Below are positions 22,958 through 33,115 of a stretch of 64,000 nt of DNA, in pieces (position 1 is the stretch's first letter; the number at the start of each line of letters is the position of its first letter). Below the pieces are notes generated by a model. It did no database searches. It was not told the DNA's origin and worked only from the letters and a program-made list of their open reading frames with translations. A program made the position numbers and the translations under genes. Source of the stretch: Gammaproteobacteria bacterium (GTDB lineage: Bacteria; Pseudomonadota; Gammaproteobacteria; Eutrophobiales; Eutrophobiaceae); assembly GCA_965221695.1 (NCBI GenBank), contig OZ244905.1, positions 2,272,001-2,336,000 on the forward strand. The letters are read 5' to 3'.

Positions 22958-25453
22958 TCAGAAATTGTAGTCAACCGTGAAGCCTACGGTGCGCGGCATG
23001 CCGACGACACGGCTCCATTGTACACCGCCGCCGGAATGTGCAGCCGGATAATAATATTCATCAGTGATATTTCGGCTCCATAGAGTGGCGCGCCATTTAT
23101 CATCGGGGCTGGTGAGACTAAGACGCCCGTTCATGACCCAGTAATCCTCAGTACGCCGATCCAGCCGGATGCCCTTTGTTTCGTCCTTGAAACTGTAATC
23201 ACCGCCAAGGGTGAGCCTGTAACCGTTGGCAAGATTCCAGTCATAGGAAATAGTGCTGTTTATCTGCCATTGTGGCGCCATTGGCAGGTCATTGCCAGAA
23301 GCGTCAAAGGTAACAACATTACCAAAGGTGCTGCTGTTATCAACAGCATCCCACCTCTCGATCTCCGTTTTCAACCAGGCTACGCCAAGATAAATGAACA
23401 GGGGATCAGTTGGTTGCCAGGTTATATCAAGGTCTACACCGTAGAGCTCGGACTCCGGTACATTGGTCAGACCGGAGATATTTCCAACCAGCGCCACGGC
23501 CAGGTCAGTTTCCTGCTTGTCTTTGTAATCATAATAGAAGGCGGATGCATTGAGCTGCATCCTGCCGTCGTGAAGACGCATTTTTGTGCCAATCTGGTAT
23601 GCAGTTAGCTTTTCCTTTTCATAGGGCAGGAACTGGGTAGAAGTATTTAGGTTTGCGCCATTGAAGCCACCCGATTTGAATCCCGTGCTGAAAGACGCGT
23701 AGATCATATTTTCGTTATTGAATGTATAGTCAATGACAGCGCGGAACATCGCTTTTTCCATACCTATCTTGTGGGTCAGGGTGTGAAATGCGTTATTTGG
23801 TGTCCCGTTTCCGATTTGTGTGAGGATAAAATTCGGTGAGGTGGGGATGTCGTCCAGTACGGCACAGTCTCCCGGTTGAAGTGTTGCGCCGAAGAAGCCA
23901 TTCCACAGGCCTGCGTAAGAACCATCGCCTGCATCGTAGGTGCAGGACTCGATACTGCGTGATTCGTCAGTGTAACGAACGCCCAGGATAACGCGCCAGT
24001 CTTCTGCCATGGTCCATTCAACATTTCCGAATACTGCAAAAGACTCGGATTCCTGGGTATATCGGGTTTCCAGTTCGTTGATATTAAATACCGCAAATGC
24101 GCTCGAAGGTGCACCATCAATTGAATTGGCCAGGACCGTGTTGGTATAAGCGCCCCCCGGATCGAGGGCCAGCCACTGTGTTGCGCCAATACCGAATTCC
24201 GAATCTTCAAAGGTGTAATGATAGACCTCGTTCATTTTGTCGTCGGAATAATAAAGACCGACCAGCCAGGTGATGGTTTCGGTTTCGCCGCTGAGCCGAA
24301 GTTCCTGGGAGAATAGCTCTATGTCCGTTTGATTATTGACATTGGCATTTTCCGCCGGGGTGCTGTCCCACTGGTTGTTCTCGTTGCGGTCGAATTCGTT
24401 GTAGGCAGTGATGGAAGTCAGTTCAATACCACCAATCTGCCAGGTAAGTTTGGCACTGATTCCAAACAGTTCGTTGTCCCGGACCGGTCGATTGTTTACC
24501 ACCTGATTGACACCGTTGCGTAACTGCGTGACCGTGTTGTCCCAGCCGGCTACTTCATTATCACCGGTTGAAAACCATGGTACCGGTTGACCAAAGAACC
24601 CGCCGCCGGGCAGGAGGTATTCCCCCAGTGGCATGTAGGGATTATTCAGACCCCCTAAGATAACGGGATCATAAGCTGTGCGTGCCTGGTTATCGGAGTC
24701 ATCCTTGACATACTGAGCGTTAAGCGTGATCGTGGCATCTTTACTGATATCAAGATCAACAATACCCCGGACTGCGTGCACATCCTTTTCACCGAGTTTT
24801 TCGTCATTGGGATCGAGGATATTTTTCTGCCAGCCATCGAAGGCCTGAGTGGTGCGGTAGGCAACACGTCCACGGGCCTGGTCTGACATGGGTCCACTAA
24901 TGAATCCTTCAAAGTCCAGGGTATTGTAACTACTGTAGCCGGCGGAAAAACCGGCCTCAAGTTCTTCCGTAGGTTGATTGCTGACGAAATTGATCTGTCC
25001 TGCTGTCGTGTTACGTCCGAACAGATCTCCCTGGGGGCCTTTCAGCACTTCAACACGCTGGACATCGAAAATGGCACCCCGAGTCATCACAGAATAGGGT
25101 ATATTCACCTCGTCAAAATTCAGACCAACGGTGGAGGTTGCTGCTGTACTGTAATCCTGAAAGCCAACACCACGGATGGAATATAACGGTGTGCCGGTAG
25201 CCGCCGTTTCATTTACAGTCAGACCGGGTGTATGCAGGGCCATGTCCTCGGCGGAACGCATGCCCAATTCCTGTAGGCGTTCACCGCTGAAGGCATTGAT
25301 GGTAATGGGAATGTCGTTGACATTCTGTTCGCGTTTCTGTGCTGTAACCACTATTTCTTCCAGCACGGCATGCACGGAATTTGACACCGCGAGCAGAAAA
25401 ATACACATTGGAAATACTTTTGTGCTCGGTCTGGTATTAACTGTCGTTTTCAT
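22958..25453 (-). CDS. TonB-dependent receptor
   Basis: Signal peptide, EEIVVTAQKREQ TonB box region, VEVLKGPQG, C-terminal YNF. Confidence 0.93.
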   Translation of the reverse strand: MKTTVNTRPSTKVFPMCIFLLAVSNSVHAVLEEIVVTAQKREQNVNDIPITINAFSGERLQELGMRSAEDMALHTPGLTVNETAATGTPLYSIRGVGFQDYSTAATSTVGLNFDEVNIPYSVMTRGAIFDVQRVEVLKGPQGDLFGRNTTAGQINFVSNQPTEELEAGFSAGYSSYNTLDFEGFISGPMSDQARGRVAYRTTQAFDGWQKNILDPNDEKLGEKDVHAVRGIVDLDISKDATITLNAQYVKDDSDNQARTAYDPVILGGLNNPYMPLGEYLLPGGGFFGQPVPWFSTGDNEVAGWDNTVTQLRNGVNQVVNNRPVRDNELFGISAKLTWQIGGIELTSITAYNEFDRNENNQWDSTPAENANVNNQTDIELFSQELRLSGETETITWLVGLYYSDDKMNEVYHYTFEDSEFGIGATQWLALDPGGAYTNTVLANSIDGAPSSAFAVFNINELETRYTQESESFAVFGNVEWTMAEDWRVILGVRYTDESRSIESCTYDAGDGSYAGLWNGFFGATLQPGDCAVLDDIPTSPNFILTQIGNGTPNNAFHTLTHKIGMEKAMFRAVIDYTFNNENMIYASFSTGFKSGGFNGANLNTSTQFLPYEKEKLTAYQIGTKMRLHDGRMQLNASAFYYDYKDKQETDLAVALVGNISGLTNVPESELYGVDLDITWQPTDPLFIYLGVAWLKTEIERWDAVDNSSTFGNVVTFDASGNDLPMAPQWQINSTISYDWNLANGYRLTLGGDYSFKDETKGIRLDRRTEDYWVMNGRLSLTSPDDKWRATLWSRNITDEYYYPAAHSGGGVQWSRVVGMPRTVGFTVDYNF

Positions 25454-25777
25454 TTCACATTCCCCTCAATGAACCGGTGCCCAAAAGGGCAAACGTAACG
25501 CTGCAATTCTGTTACATGGATTCAATATCGTATAAACTGGGGGACCAATTTTCTTCACCCAGATTGCAAAATTTTTAACTAAGAGTGCATAAAGTCCTGT
25601 TAATTTGGTTTCAGATAAGGGATCAAAACCACTGTTTCGCCTGTTTGCAATTTCAGCTAAATACATTGCAACCTGGGGAAAGAAATTACAACCCGTTCCA
25701 GCCTAGAGTATGGGACCCGGGCATTGAGAATCGCATCTACGCCCAGATATAAATACAAGGCTTCCGGTACCTTATAC

Positions 25778-27787
25778 ATGGCTATTGCAGGAAGAAAAAT
25801 TCCAACAGGGGCAGCATTGGTGCTGGCGGTACTGCTCTCATTATTGTACTTCGAAGCAAACGCTCAGCAAGAGCGATGGGCAGAAAAGGTCTACCTGAAT
25901 GCCCGTATCCATACTGTCGACGAGGATAATCCCATTGCCGGGTTTCTCGCCATACATTCAGGGTGGATTACTGGGTTGGGCACTCCAGAGCAGGCAAAAC
26001 CCTTCATCGGTCCCGGTACGGAAGTAATTGATCTCAATGGCGACACCGTATTGCCGGGTCTGCACGATGCGCATGTACACCTGCTGGCATCACAGTTGAA
26101 ATACGGGGAATTCAATTGTTCTCCCGGAGCAGGTACCGGTACCGTCGAAACGATTGTCGAAGCATTGGAAGCCTGTACTTCCAGCCGGCGTTCCAGGCCC
26201 GGGAACTGGCTGATTATCGGTCCCGTTGCCAATGACCTCCTGGGAGAGAAAGCATTGCGCAATGCCATTAATACCCGTTTCCCGGATACACCTGTGCTGG
26301 TCTCGGATTACAGCAATCACAATGCACTGGCCAACCGCAGGGCTCTTGAACTGGCTGACGTTACCTCCTCCACTAAATCGCCGAAAGGAGGGACAATTAT
26401 TCGGGACGGCAATGGAATACCAACGGGACTGCTGATCGAGACGGCAGTGAGACTGGTGTACCGGGTCATCCCTGACTACGACGAGATGGCCTACCTGGAG
26501 GCGATCAGAACAGCTGTCCGGATCGCCAATCGCTACGGTATCACTTCCGTGCAGGAAGCCTCCGCCATACCCGGTCTGCTGCGGGCCTTGAAACGGCTTG
26601 ATGAAAGGGGTGAGCTGACGCTCCACGTGGCCGCCCATATCGTTATAGACAATGAAAAATTCAGTCCGAATGCACTTTCTCGGGAGGCATTCAATAACAG
26701 GGAACGATATACCTCAACCCATATTGCCGTAAACCATGCCAAGATATGGCTTGACGGACAGCCGCTGGACCCTTTTCCGACCCATGCGCAGATCGACCCT
26801 CTAACCGGGGAAGTAGACGATACCTTTCTGCTGTTTGATCAAAAATGGCTGAATCAAAAAGTTCTGGAGCTTGATCGCCTGGGAATAAAAGTCAAATTAC
26901 ACGCCGTGGGAACCGGTGCAGCGAGGAGCGCACTTGATGCCGTAGCCTTCACCCGGCAACACCATCAAAGCGGCATTAATCACGATATTGCTCATGCTAT
27001 TTTCATCGAACCTGTGGATATCCCTCGCTTCGCCCTGCTGAATGTAACCGCGGAGCAATCTCCGGCGATCTGGCATCTTAATTTACCGGAACTGGCCGAA
27101 GCCTATCCTTTCCGGGCCCTGGTGGATGGCGGCGCCAATGTCACCATCGGTTCAGACTGGCTGCTTCCCCGCACACCAAACCTGTTCCCTTCGCTCCAGG
27201 GTGTTATTGAAGACAGGGGCATAGACAGACAGAACCTGTTGAATATGCTTACTATCAACGGGGCAAAAGCCGTTGGTATGGAAGAAAAAATCGGTTCTCT
27301 GGAAGTAGGAAAAAGCGCCGATTTCATCGTGCTGGACCGAGATCCCATGCACGTTCCCTCCGCCGACCTGAAGGACACAAAGGTGCTCATGACTGTCTTT
27401 GAGGGAAATATCGTTTATTCAAATGCAATGGCTGGCCTTGAGAAAAAGTTCGAAGGTATCCATGCCTACCAGCATGCCAGAGGTCACGTTACCTTCTACA
27501 AGGGCAGGGTCATGTGGATGATAGAAGACACTGTAACCGGGGAAGACAGGGCCGAAGATCCTCAGCAAGAAGTTAAAGGGCTTACCGTGGCTTGGGGAAC
27601 CTACAGACTGATGGACAAGAACCACCTCATCATCCATGTGGATCATTCAAACCGGGTAGAACTTATTGGACAGGAAATACAATTCGAATACGAGTGGCGC
27701 TCAGACGATATTTCCCATTACTGGGTGCTGGACGAACAGGGCAGGAGGACGAGGCATGGAATCTCGAAGAGATTGGCGCCTCCATAG
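25778..27787 (+). CDS. Exported amidohydrolase (Amidohydro_3/YtcJ-like) with an extra C-terminal domain
   Basis: Hydrophobic signal ending ANA, PGLHDAHVH, HAVG, GSDW, GSLEVGKSADF; about 115-aa extension after VFEGNIVY. Confidence 0.85.
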   Translation: MAIAGRKIPTGAALVLAVLLSLLYFEANAQQERWAEKVYLNARIHTVDEDNPIAGFLAIHSGWITGLGTPEQAKPFIGPGTEVIDLNGDTVLPGLHDAHVHLLASQLKYGEFNCSPGAGTGTVETIVEALEACTSSRRSRPGNWLIIGPVANDLLGEKALRNAINTRFPDTPVLVSDYSNHNALANRRALELADVTSSTKSPKGGTIIRDGNGIPTGLLIETAVRLVYRVIPDYDEMAYLEAIRTAVRIANRYGITSVQEASAIPGLLRALKRLDERGELTLHVAAHIVIDNEKFSPNALSREAFNNRERYTSTHIAVNHAKIWLDGQPLDPFPTHAQIDPLTGEVDDTFLLFDQKWLNQKVLELDRLGIKVKLHAVGTGAARSALDAVAFTRQHHQSGINHDIAHAIFIEPVDIPRFALLNVTAEQSPAIWHLNLPELAEAYPFRALVDGGANVTIGSDWLLPRTPNLFPSLQGVIEDRGIDRQNLLNMLTINGAKAVGMEEKIGSLEVGKSADFIVLDRDPMHVPSADLKDTKVLMTVFEGNIVYSNAMAGLEKKFEGIHAYQHARGHVTFYKGRVMWMIEDTVTGEDRAEDPQQEVKGLTVAWGTYRLMDKNHLIIHVDHSNRVELIGQEIQFEYEWRSDDISHYWVLDEQGRRTRHGISKRLAPP

Positions 27788-27793
27788 ACGAAA

Positions 27794-28777
27794 TTAATTT
27801 CTACTGCGACCCTTTAGCTGATGCAACTTGTATTCACGTGGGGCGACCCCGTAGTATTTTTTGAATAACTTGGAGAAATGCTGGATATTGTTAAAACCAC
27901 AATTGAAGGCAATGGTTGACACGGTCTCAGCGGCATTTTGGGGGTTGGACAATTTACGGGCTGCCTGTTCTATACGGCACAGCCAAATATACCTTGCCGG
28001 GGTAATACCTATCTCAGCGAACAACTGGTAGACCTGACGCTTGCTGATATGGAATTCCGCGGCAATCGCCTCAAGACTTATGTCGTGGTCCGCCAAATGA
28101 TCGTTGATGAATTTTAATAACTGTTCGAACTTTCTGTTAGACTTCTGCTCTGGTAATCGCAATATGCTGTTACCATCAAAATAATATGCTCCACATAACA
28201 GGTGCAACAGCGTGTCTCTGATGTGGACGCTGTTGGCGGACCCGGCGTTCAATTCAGATTGCCGCCGCATCAGGGAACCCAGCATGTCTATTGCAAAGGA
28301 TCCAATACCGGTATCCGACGTTAACATACTACCAGTCATATCCCTTGCCTGGGGTAACGTGATACTGGCAATCGCAGGTGGTATCATGATCGTATAGAGA
28401 CTCGATGTCTTACTGAATTCAATGGCATAGCATTTAGACAAGTCAGTGAGAATGACGTCCCCCGGTGCAAGATAATGGCTTTCACCTTCGTATTCATAGA
28501 TCGCCCGGCCCCGTTTCATGAGGCAAATACTCATTCCCGGATCGGCAGAACTTCTGATTAGTCTGGGGGTTTTGATTACCCGCAGTGGAGAGGTTGTGAT
28601 CCTGTTGATCTTGATCGCATCGATATTGAAACTTGTCGCAGAGGCCCGGAACTGGCTGGCTGATCCAATGGGTTGCTGATCGAGTGGGTGTATCATGGAG
28701 GATACATCCTCGACCCAGCGATGAAACGCCCGTCTGTCTCCCTGACTTTCACAGCTTATCTGATGCATATGATTCAA
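27794..28777 (-). CDS. AraC-family transcriptional regulator (FeaR-like)
   Basis: C-terminal double HTH: IAAEFHISKRQVYQLF...IAFNCGFNNIQHFSKLFKKYYGVAP. Confidence 0.9.
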   Translation of the reverse strand: MNHMHQISCESQGDRRAFHRWVEDVSSMIHPLDQQPIGSASQFRASATSFNIDAIKINRITTSPLRVIKTPRLIRSSADPGMSICLMKRGRAIYEYEGESHYLAPGDVILTDLSKCYAIEFSKTSSLYTIMIPPAIASITLPQARDMTGSMLTSDTGIGSFAIDMLGSLMRRQSELNAGSANSVHIRDTLLHLLCGAYYFDGNSILRLPEQKSNRKFEQLLKFINDHLADHDISLEAIAAEFHISKRQVYQLFAEIGITPARYIWLCRIEQAARKLSNPQNAAETVSTIAFNCGFNNIQHFSKLFKKYYGVAPREYKLHQLKGRSRN

Positions 28778-28811
28778 TACCTACCGGGAATGAAGATAAT
28801 CTTCTTCCGAA

Positions 28812-28848
28812 TTAAGGAACCTCTGAGATTAAGTCAGAGTTTCCTTAA
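28812..28848. repeat. Minimal palindromic copy of MITE family B
   Basis: TTAAGGAACCTCTGAGATTAAGTCAGAGTTTCCTTAA. Confidence 0.75.
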
Positions 28849-28927
28849 GTGATTCAGGTTATTTTGAGCGGCATCGCTATGCTGGTTATACAGTACACTA
28901 TTAGAAATAATTCATAGCGGGGCATAT

Positions 28928-29114
28928 TCAATCTACCCGCCAGGTGTTTGCCGCCTGCTCAGCCAGCCAGGATTGATAGTGGTTGAGGTTTGCCAGGTCC
29001 CAGCGGTCATATTCGGCCACTTTTCCGGCAAGTCTGAAAGAAGTTTTGAGATAATGTTTCTTCTTGGTGGCAAAATCAGAACGTTCAAGTTCGTCCTGGT
29101 TAGTTGACTTTCGA
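28928..29114 (-). pseudogene. 3' remnant of a DUF262/DUF1524 (GmrSD-type) nuclease gene
   Basis: Start-less frame reads KSTNQDELERSDFATKKKHYLKTSFRLAGKVAEYDRWDLANLNHYQSWLAEQAANTWRVD*, matching the N..F..KK..Y..SF.L...W......Q..LA..A...WR pattern of DUF1524 C-termini. Confidence 0.65.
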
Positions 29115-29227
29115 TAATTGGCAGCACCACCTACATTAGGTGTAGGGGAAATATCATTGAGAATTCCATTACTATTATCTTCGCCGCAATTTCGCTTTTC
29201 ATATTCGCCGCTGCTTTATTAGATTTT

Positions 29228-29716
29228 GTGATGAAAGAGCGAATTAAGTGTATGTTTGATACTGTCATCTTCAACAGGATTGTTGAGAATGATATATCTG
29301 TCGAGTCATTGAATGAATGCGTTGAGGTATTTGCTACTTATGTCCAGCGTAGAGAGATCAATGATGAGAGAATGAAGGATAAAGAGAAACAGGCAAAGCT
29401 AAATCGAATTTTCAATTCTCTTGTCTCGGAAGAGCATTATATTTCAACCGAATCAACACTGTGGGATTACACGCCCTGGGACAAGGGAAAATGGACTGAC
29501 CCGGATGACAACTCTCGTCCAATTAGGAATGATCTGGACAATGAAAAAAAGAAAGAAAATAACTTTAAGGATGCATTAATCGCAGAAACCGCAAAAAAGA
29601 ATGACCTCATTCTTGTCACTGAAGATATCCCTTTGGAAAATGCTGCGCCAAATCATGGCGTAAAGTGCATGTCATTCGATCAATTGTTACTACATTGTAA
29701 GATCTTTACCCCTTGA
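29228..29716 (+). CDS. Stand-alone PIN-domain protein
   Basis: MFDTVIF...E...DALIAETA...LVTED acidic PIN motifs; AT-rich. Confidence 0.75.
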   Translation: MMKERIKCMFDTVIFNRIVENDISVESLNECVEVFATYVQRREINDERMKDKEKQAKLNRIFNSLVSEEHYISTESTLWDYTPWDKGKWTDPDDNSRPIRNDLDNEKKKENNFKDALIAETAKKNDLILVTEDIPLENAAPNHGVKCMSFDQLLLHCKIFTP

Positions 29717-29798
29717 GACAACACAAATAATATGTAGTATTGCTTGTAAAGAGTCCTGAATAAGGTCTATGCCGTTGGCCAATGTAGTGGCGCAGACA

Positions 29799-30026
29799 AT
29801 GAACTATCAAGATTTCATTACCATCGAACCAGGTAAGCGCGGTGGTAAGCCGTGTATCCGTTCCATGCGGATCACAGTCTATGATGTGCTGGATTGGTTG
29901 GCGACGGGCATGAGCGAAGTAGAGATTCTGGACGATTTTCCGGAGCTGACCCAGGATGATATCAGGGCCTGTCTTGCCTTTGCAGCCGACCGTGAACACC
30001 AGTTATCTACGATAGCGTCCACTTGA
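29799..30026 (+). CDS. DUF433 antitoxin
   Basis: ITIEPGKRGGKPCIRSMRITVYDVLDWLA.GMS..EIL.DFPELT..DI.ACLAFAA. Confidence 0.9.
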   Translation: MNYQDFITIEPGKRGGKPCIRSMRITVYDVLDWLATGMSEVEILDDFPELTQDDIRACLAFAADREHQLSTIAST

Positions 30027-30127
30027 AGCTGCTCTTGGACCAGATCCTGTCGTACCGGTTGCTGGACAAGATCGAGTCCGTCTACCCCGGATCGGCGTAA
30101 CTCAGATTACTCGAACACATAAATTGA
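30023..30127 (+). pseudogene. Truncated DUF5615 PIN-like toxin
   Basis: TTG overlapping the DUF433 stop; LKLLLDQILSYRLLDKIESVYPGSA then TAA at 30098; rest missing. Confidence 0.75.
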
Positions 30128-30252
30128 ATTCGAGTCGGGACTGGATTTATACTTATACTCACCTTAAGGCGGAAGCTGGCCAACTCAATACTCTTTTTCT
30201 ATGCGTACTTGCAGCTTATTCTGGCTTCAGTCAATTGTTGCAACAACCCTGG

Positions 30253-30393
30253 TGCGTATTCCGGTTGATCGTGAACGCGGATTCTGGCTTATCGTGAACA
30301 CTGATTCCGGTTGAACGTGAACACTTTCCGGGTAAGACCGGAATCGGTGTTCACCATCCCGGAATCCGCGTTTACGATCAACCGGAATACGCA
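30253..30393. mobile_element. 141-bp non-autonomous element with IS21-like ends
   Basis: TG...CA termini, about 32-bp TIR (TGCGTATTCCGGTTGATCGTGAACGCGGATTC, one mismatch), internal repeated ATTCCGG..GTGAAC subterminal motifs, no ORF. Confidence 0.8.
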
Positions 30394-30501
30394 GTTGGGT
30401 TCAGCGTGACCGGGGCGGCTCACAGACTCGGTATAAGCCGCAAACAACTGTCAGATGTTGTCAACTGCCGCTCGGAAATCTCTCCTGAGATGGCGTTGTA
30501 A
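30394..30501 (+). pseudogene. Fragment of a HigA-family antitoxin
   Basis: Reads GFSVTGAAHRLGISRKQLSDVVNCRSEISPEMAL*, the HigA HTH core, with no start; abuts the MITE. Confidence 0.7.
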
Positions 30502-30556
30502 AAAAACTTGATTTAAATTCAAAAAATTAAAAATTCAGATCATCAGAGGGAATAAA

Positions 30557-30751
30557 ATGATTTGCATTAAAACAGATATTCCGCAAGAGATTTGCGATAT
30601 TGATGATGAGTTAAAAGCAATCTATCACAGCAGAGATACAGTTTGTATTTGGGTGTTTAAAACTAGGGAAGATAGAAACAGATTCATGGATGAGACAGTT
30701 GGAATGCTTAAAGATGATAGAGAGAAACACTTTGAATCATTTTATGTCTAG
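30557..30751 (+). CDS. Small AT-rich hypothetical protein (64 aa)
   Basis: GAGGG SD upstream, protein-like composition, codon usage unlike neighbours. Confidence 0.65.
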   Translation: MICIKTDIPQEICDIDDELKAIYHSRDTVCIWVFKTREDRNRFMDETVGMLKDDREKHFESFYV

Positions 30752-30929
30752 AATGTTGCACATTGTGTAGGTTTCGGAATTGGTTTGATTATGTCTAGAA
30801 GTCACAACTTGATCTGGCACTTCACTTGCAAAAGTGAGGGTTACAGGATTATTTGGGAACAAAAAGCGTTTCGTGTGCTTGAACCGCCCCGGATTTGCCG
30901 GAGGCTCCATTTCTTGAGAGGATGGAGCA

Positions 30930-32149
<1,220 letters not shown>

Positions 32150-32197
32150 CTCAAACTAACGAGTCTCCGGGATTCCCGGGGCGGTTCAGCTATAGAG

Positions 32198-32500
32198 CTA
32201 AGCAGCCTCCTGTCTTGGTTTTACCTGCTTGGCAATGTCCTTGCCCGATTCCAGTTCGGCCACCCGCAATTCATAGGCGTTTTGCAGGTTCAGCCAAACC
32301 TGCGGGGTCGTATTGAGATAGCGGGCCAGCCGCAGCGCCGTGTCGGCAGTAATTCCCCGCCGGCCTCTCAATATGTCTGAAATCCGGTTTTGAGGCACAC
32401 CCAGTTCTCGGGCAATCGCCTTGGCCGACATGCCCAGTTCATCCAGTTCTTCACGCAAAATCTCACCGGGGTGTACCGGCCGCATACTATTCTTAATCAT
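32198..32500 (-). CDS. higA: HigA antitoxin
   Basis: HPGEILREE...RRGITADTALRL...WLNLQ.AYEL. Confidence 0.92.
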   Translation of the reverse strand: MIKNSMRPVHPGEILREELDELGMSAKAIARELGVPQNRISDILRGRRGITADTALRLARYLNTTPQVWLNLQNAYELRVAELESGKDIAKQVKPRQEAA

Positions 32501-32513
32501 GTATTCATTCTCG

Positions 32514-32792
32514 TCAGTGATAATCGACTACCTCAACGTCACAGGGACCCTCGTCTTCCCAACGGAAACAGATCCGCCATTGTCGGTTGATTCGGATACT
32601 GTATTGTCCAGTCCGGCTGCCGGACAACAATTCCAGCCGGTTGCTCCGCAGTCCCGCTAAATCCTGCAGCGATTCTGCGTTGTCCAAAAAGGTCAGCCGG
32701 CGCGTTGCCTGATCAGCAAACCCATGGAAAGTCTTCACTCTTTGGCCGCCGAAAAACCGTTCCGTCTTTGAATCCTTGAAACTCCGAATCAT
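32514..32792 (-). CDS. higB: HigB (RelE-family) toxin
   Basis: MIRSFKD..T..FF, NRLE.L.G.R.GQYSIRINRQWRICF.W, VEVVDYH; toxin-first order. Confidence 0.92.
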   Translation of the reverse strand: MIRSFKDSKTERFFGGQRVKTFHGFADQATRRLTFLDNAESLQDLAGLRSNRLELLSGSRTGQYSIRINRQWRICFRWEDEGPCDVEVVDYH

Positions 32793-32880
32793 GGGTTGGA
32801 ATTATAGCCGGTAATACGGGATATGTATATGCTATAAATCCATGCTTTCAGCAGGAGAAGGAGGAAAGGGTGTTGCAAAA

Positions 32881-32896
32881 TACAATTGCTATTGTA
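32881..32896. promoter_or_regulatory. Palindromic operator-like site upstream of the vapC relic
   Basis: TACAAT-TGCT-ATTGTA inverted repeat 10 bp before the ATG. Confidence 0.4.
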
Positions 32897-32906
32897 CAAA
32901 TGTCTA

Positions 32907-33115
32907 ATGAATGTGATTGCAGATACAAACATCATTTTAGCCGTAGCGCTTTATGAGCCAGAAAAAGATAGGATTGTCAGACTGACTGCTGAAGTAGAAG
33001 CACTCGCGCCGGAAATATTACCCAATGAAATTGGCAATGCGTTAAATGCGATGATCAAGCAAAAACGATTGACACGAGAGGAGGCCTGTTCCGCTATACG
33101 AAGTAAGACCGGCCG
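32907..33115 (+). pseudogene. Truncated VapC/PIN toxin
   Basis: MNVIADTNIILAV...EPEK...APEILPNEIGNAL...RLTREEA, then runs into the antisense aminotransferase end; lacks C-terminal PIN aspartates. Confidence 0.7.

Noticed and set aside
30200-30252. Possible IS end (…CAATTGTTGCAACAACCC), loosely similar to GGGTGTTGCAAAA near 32868
   Set aside because: Match too short; no transposase remnant or target duplication to support it
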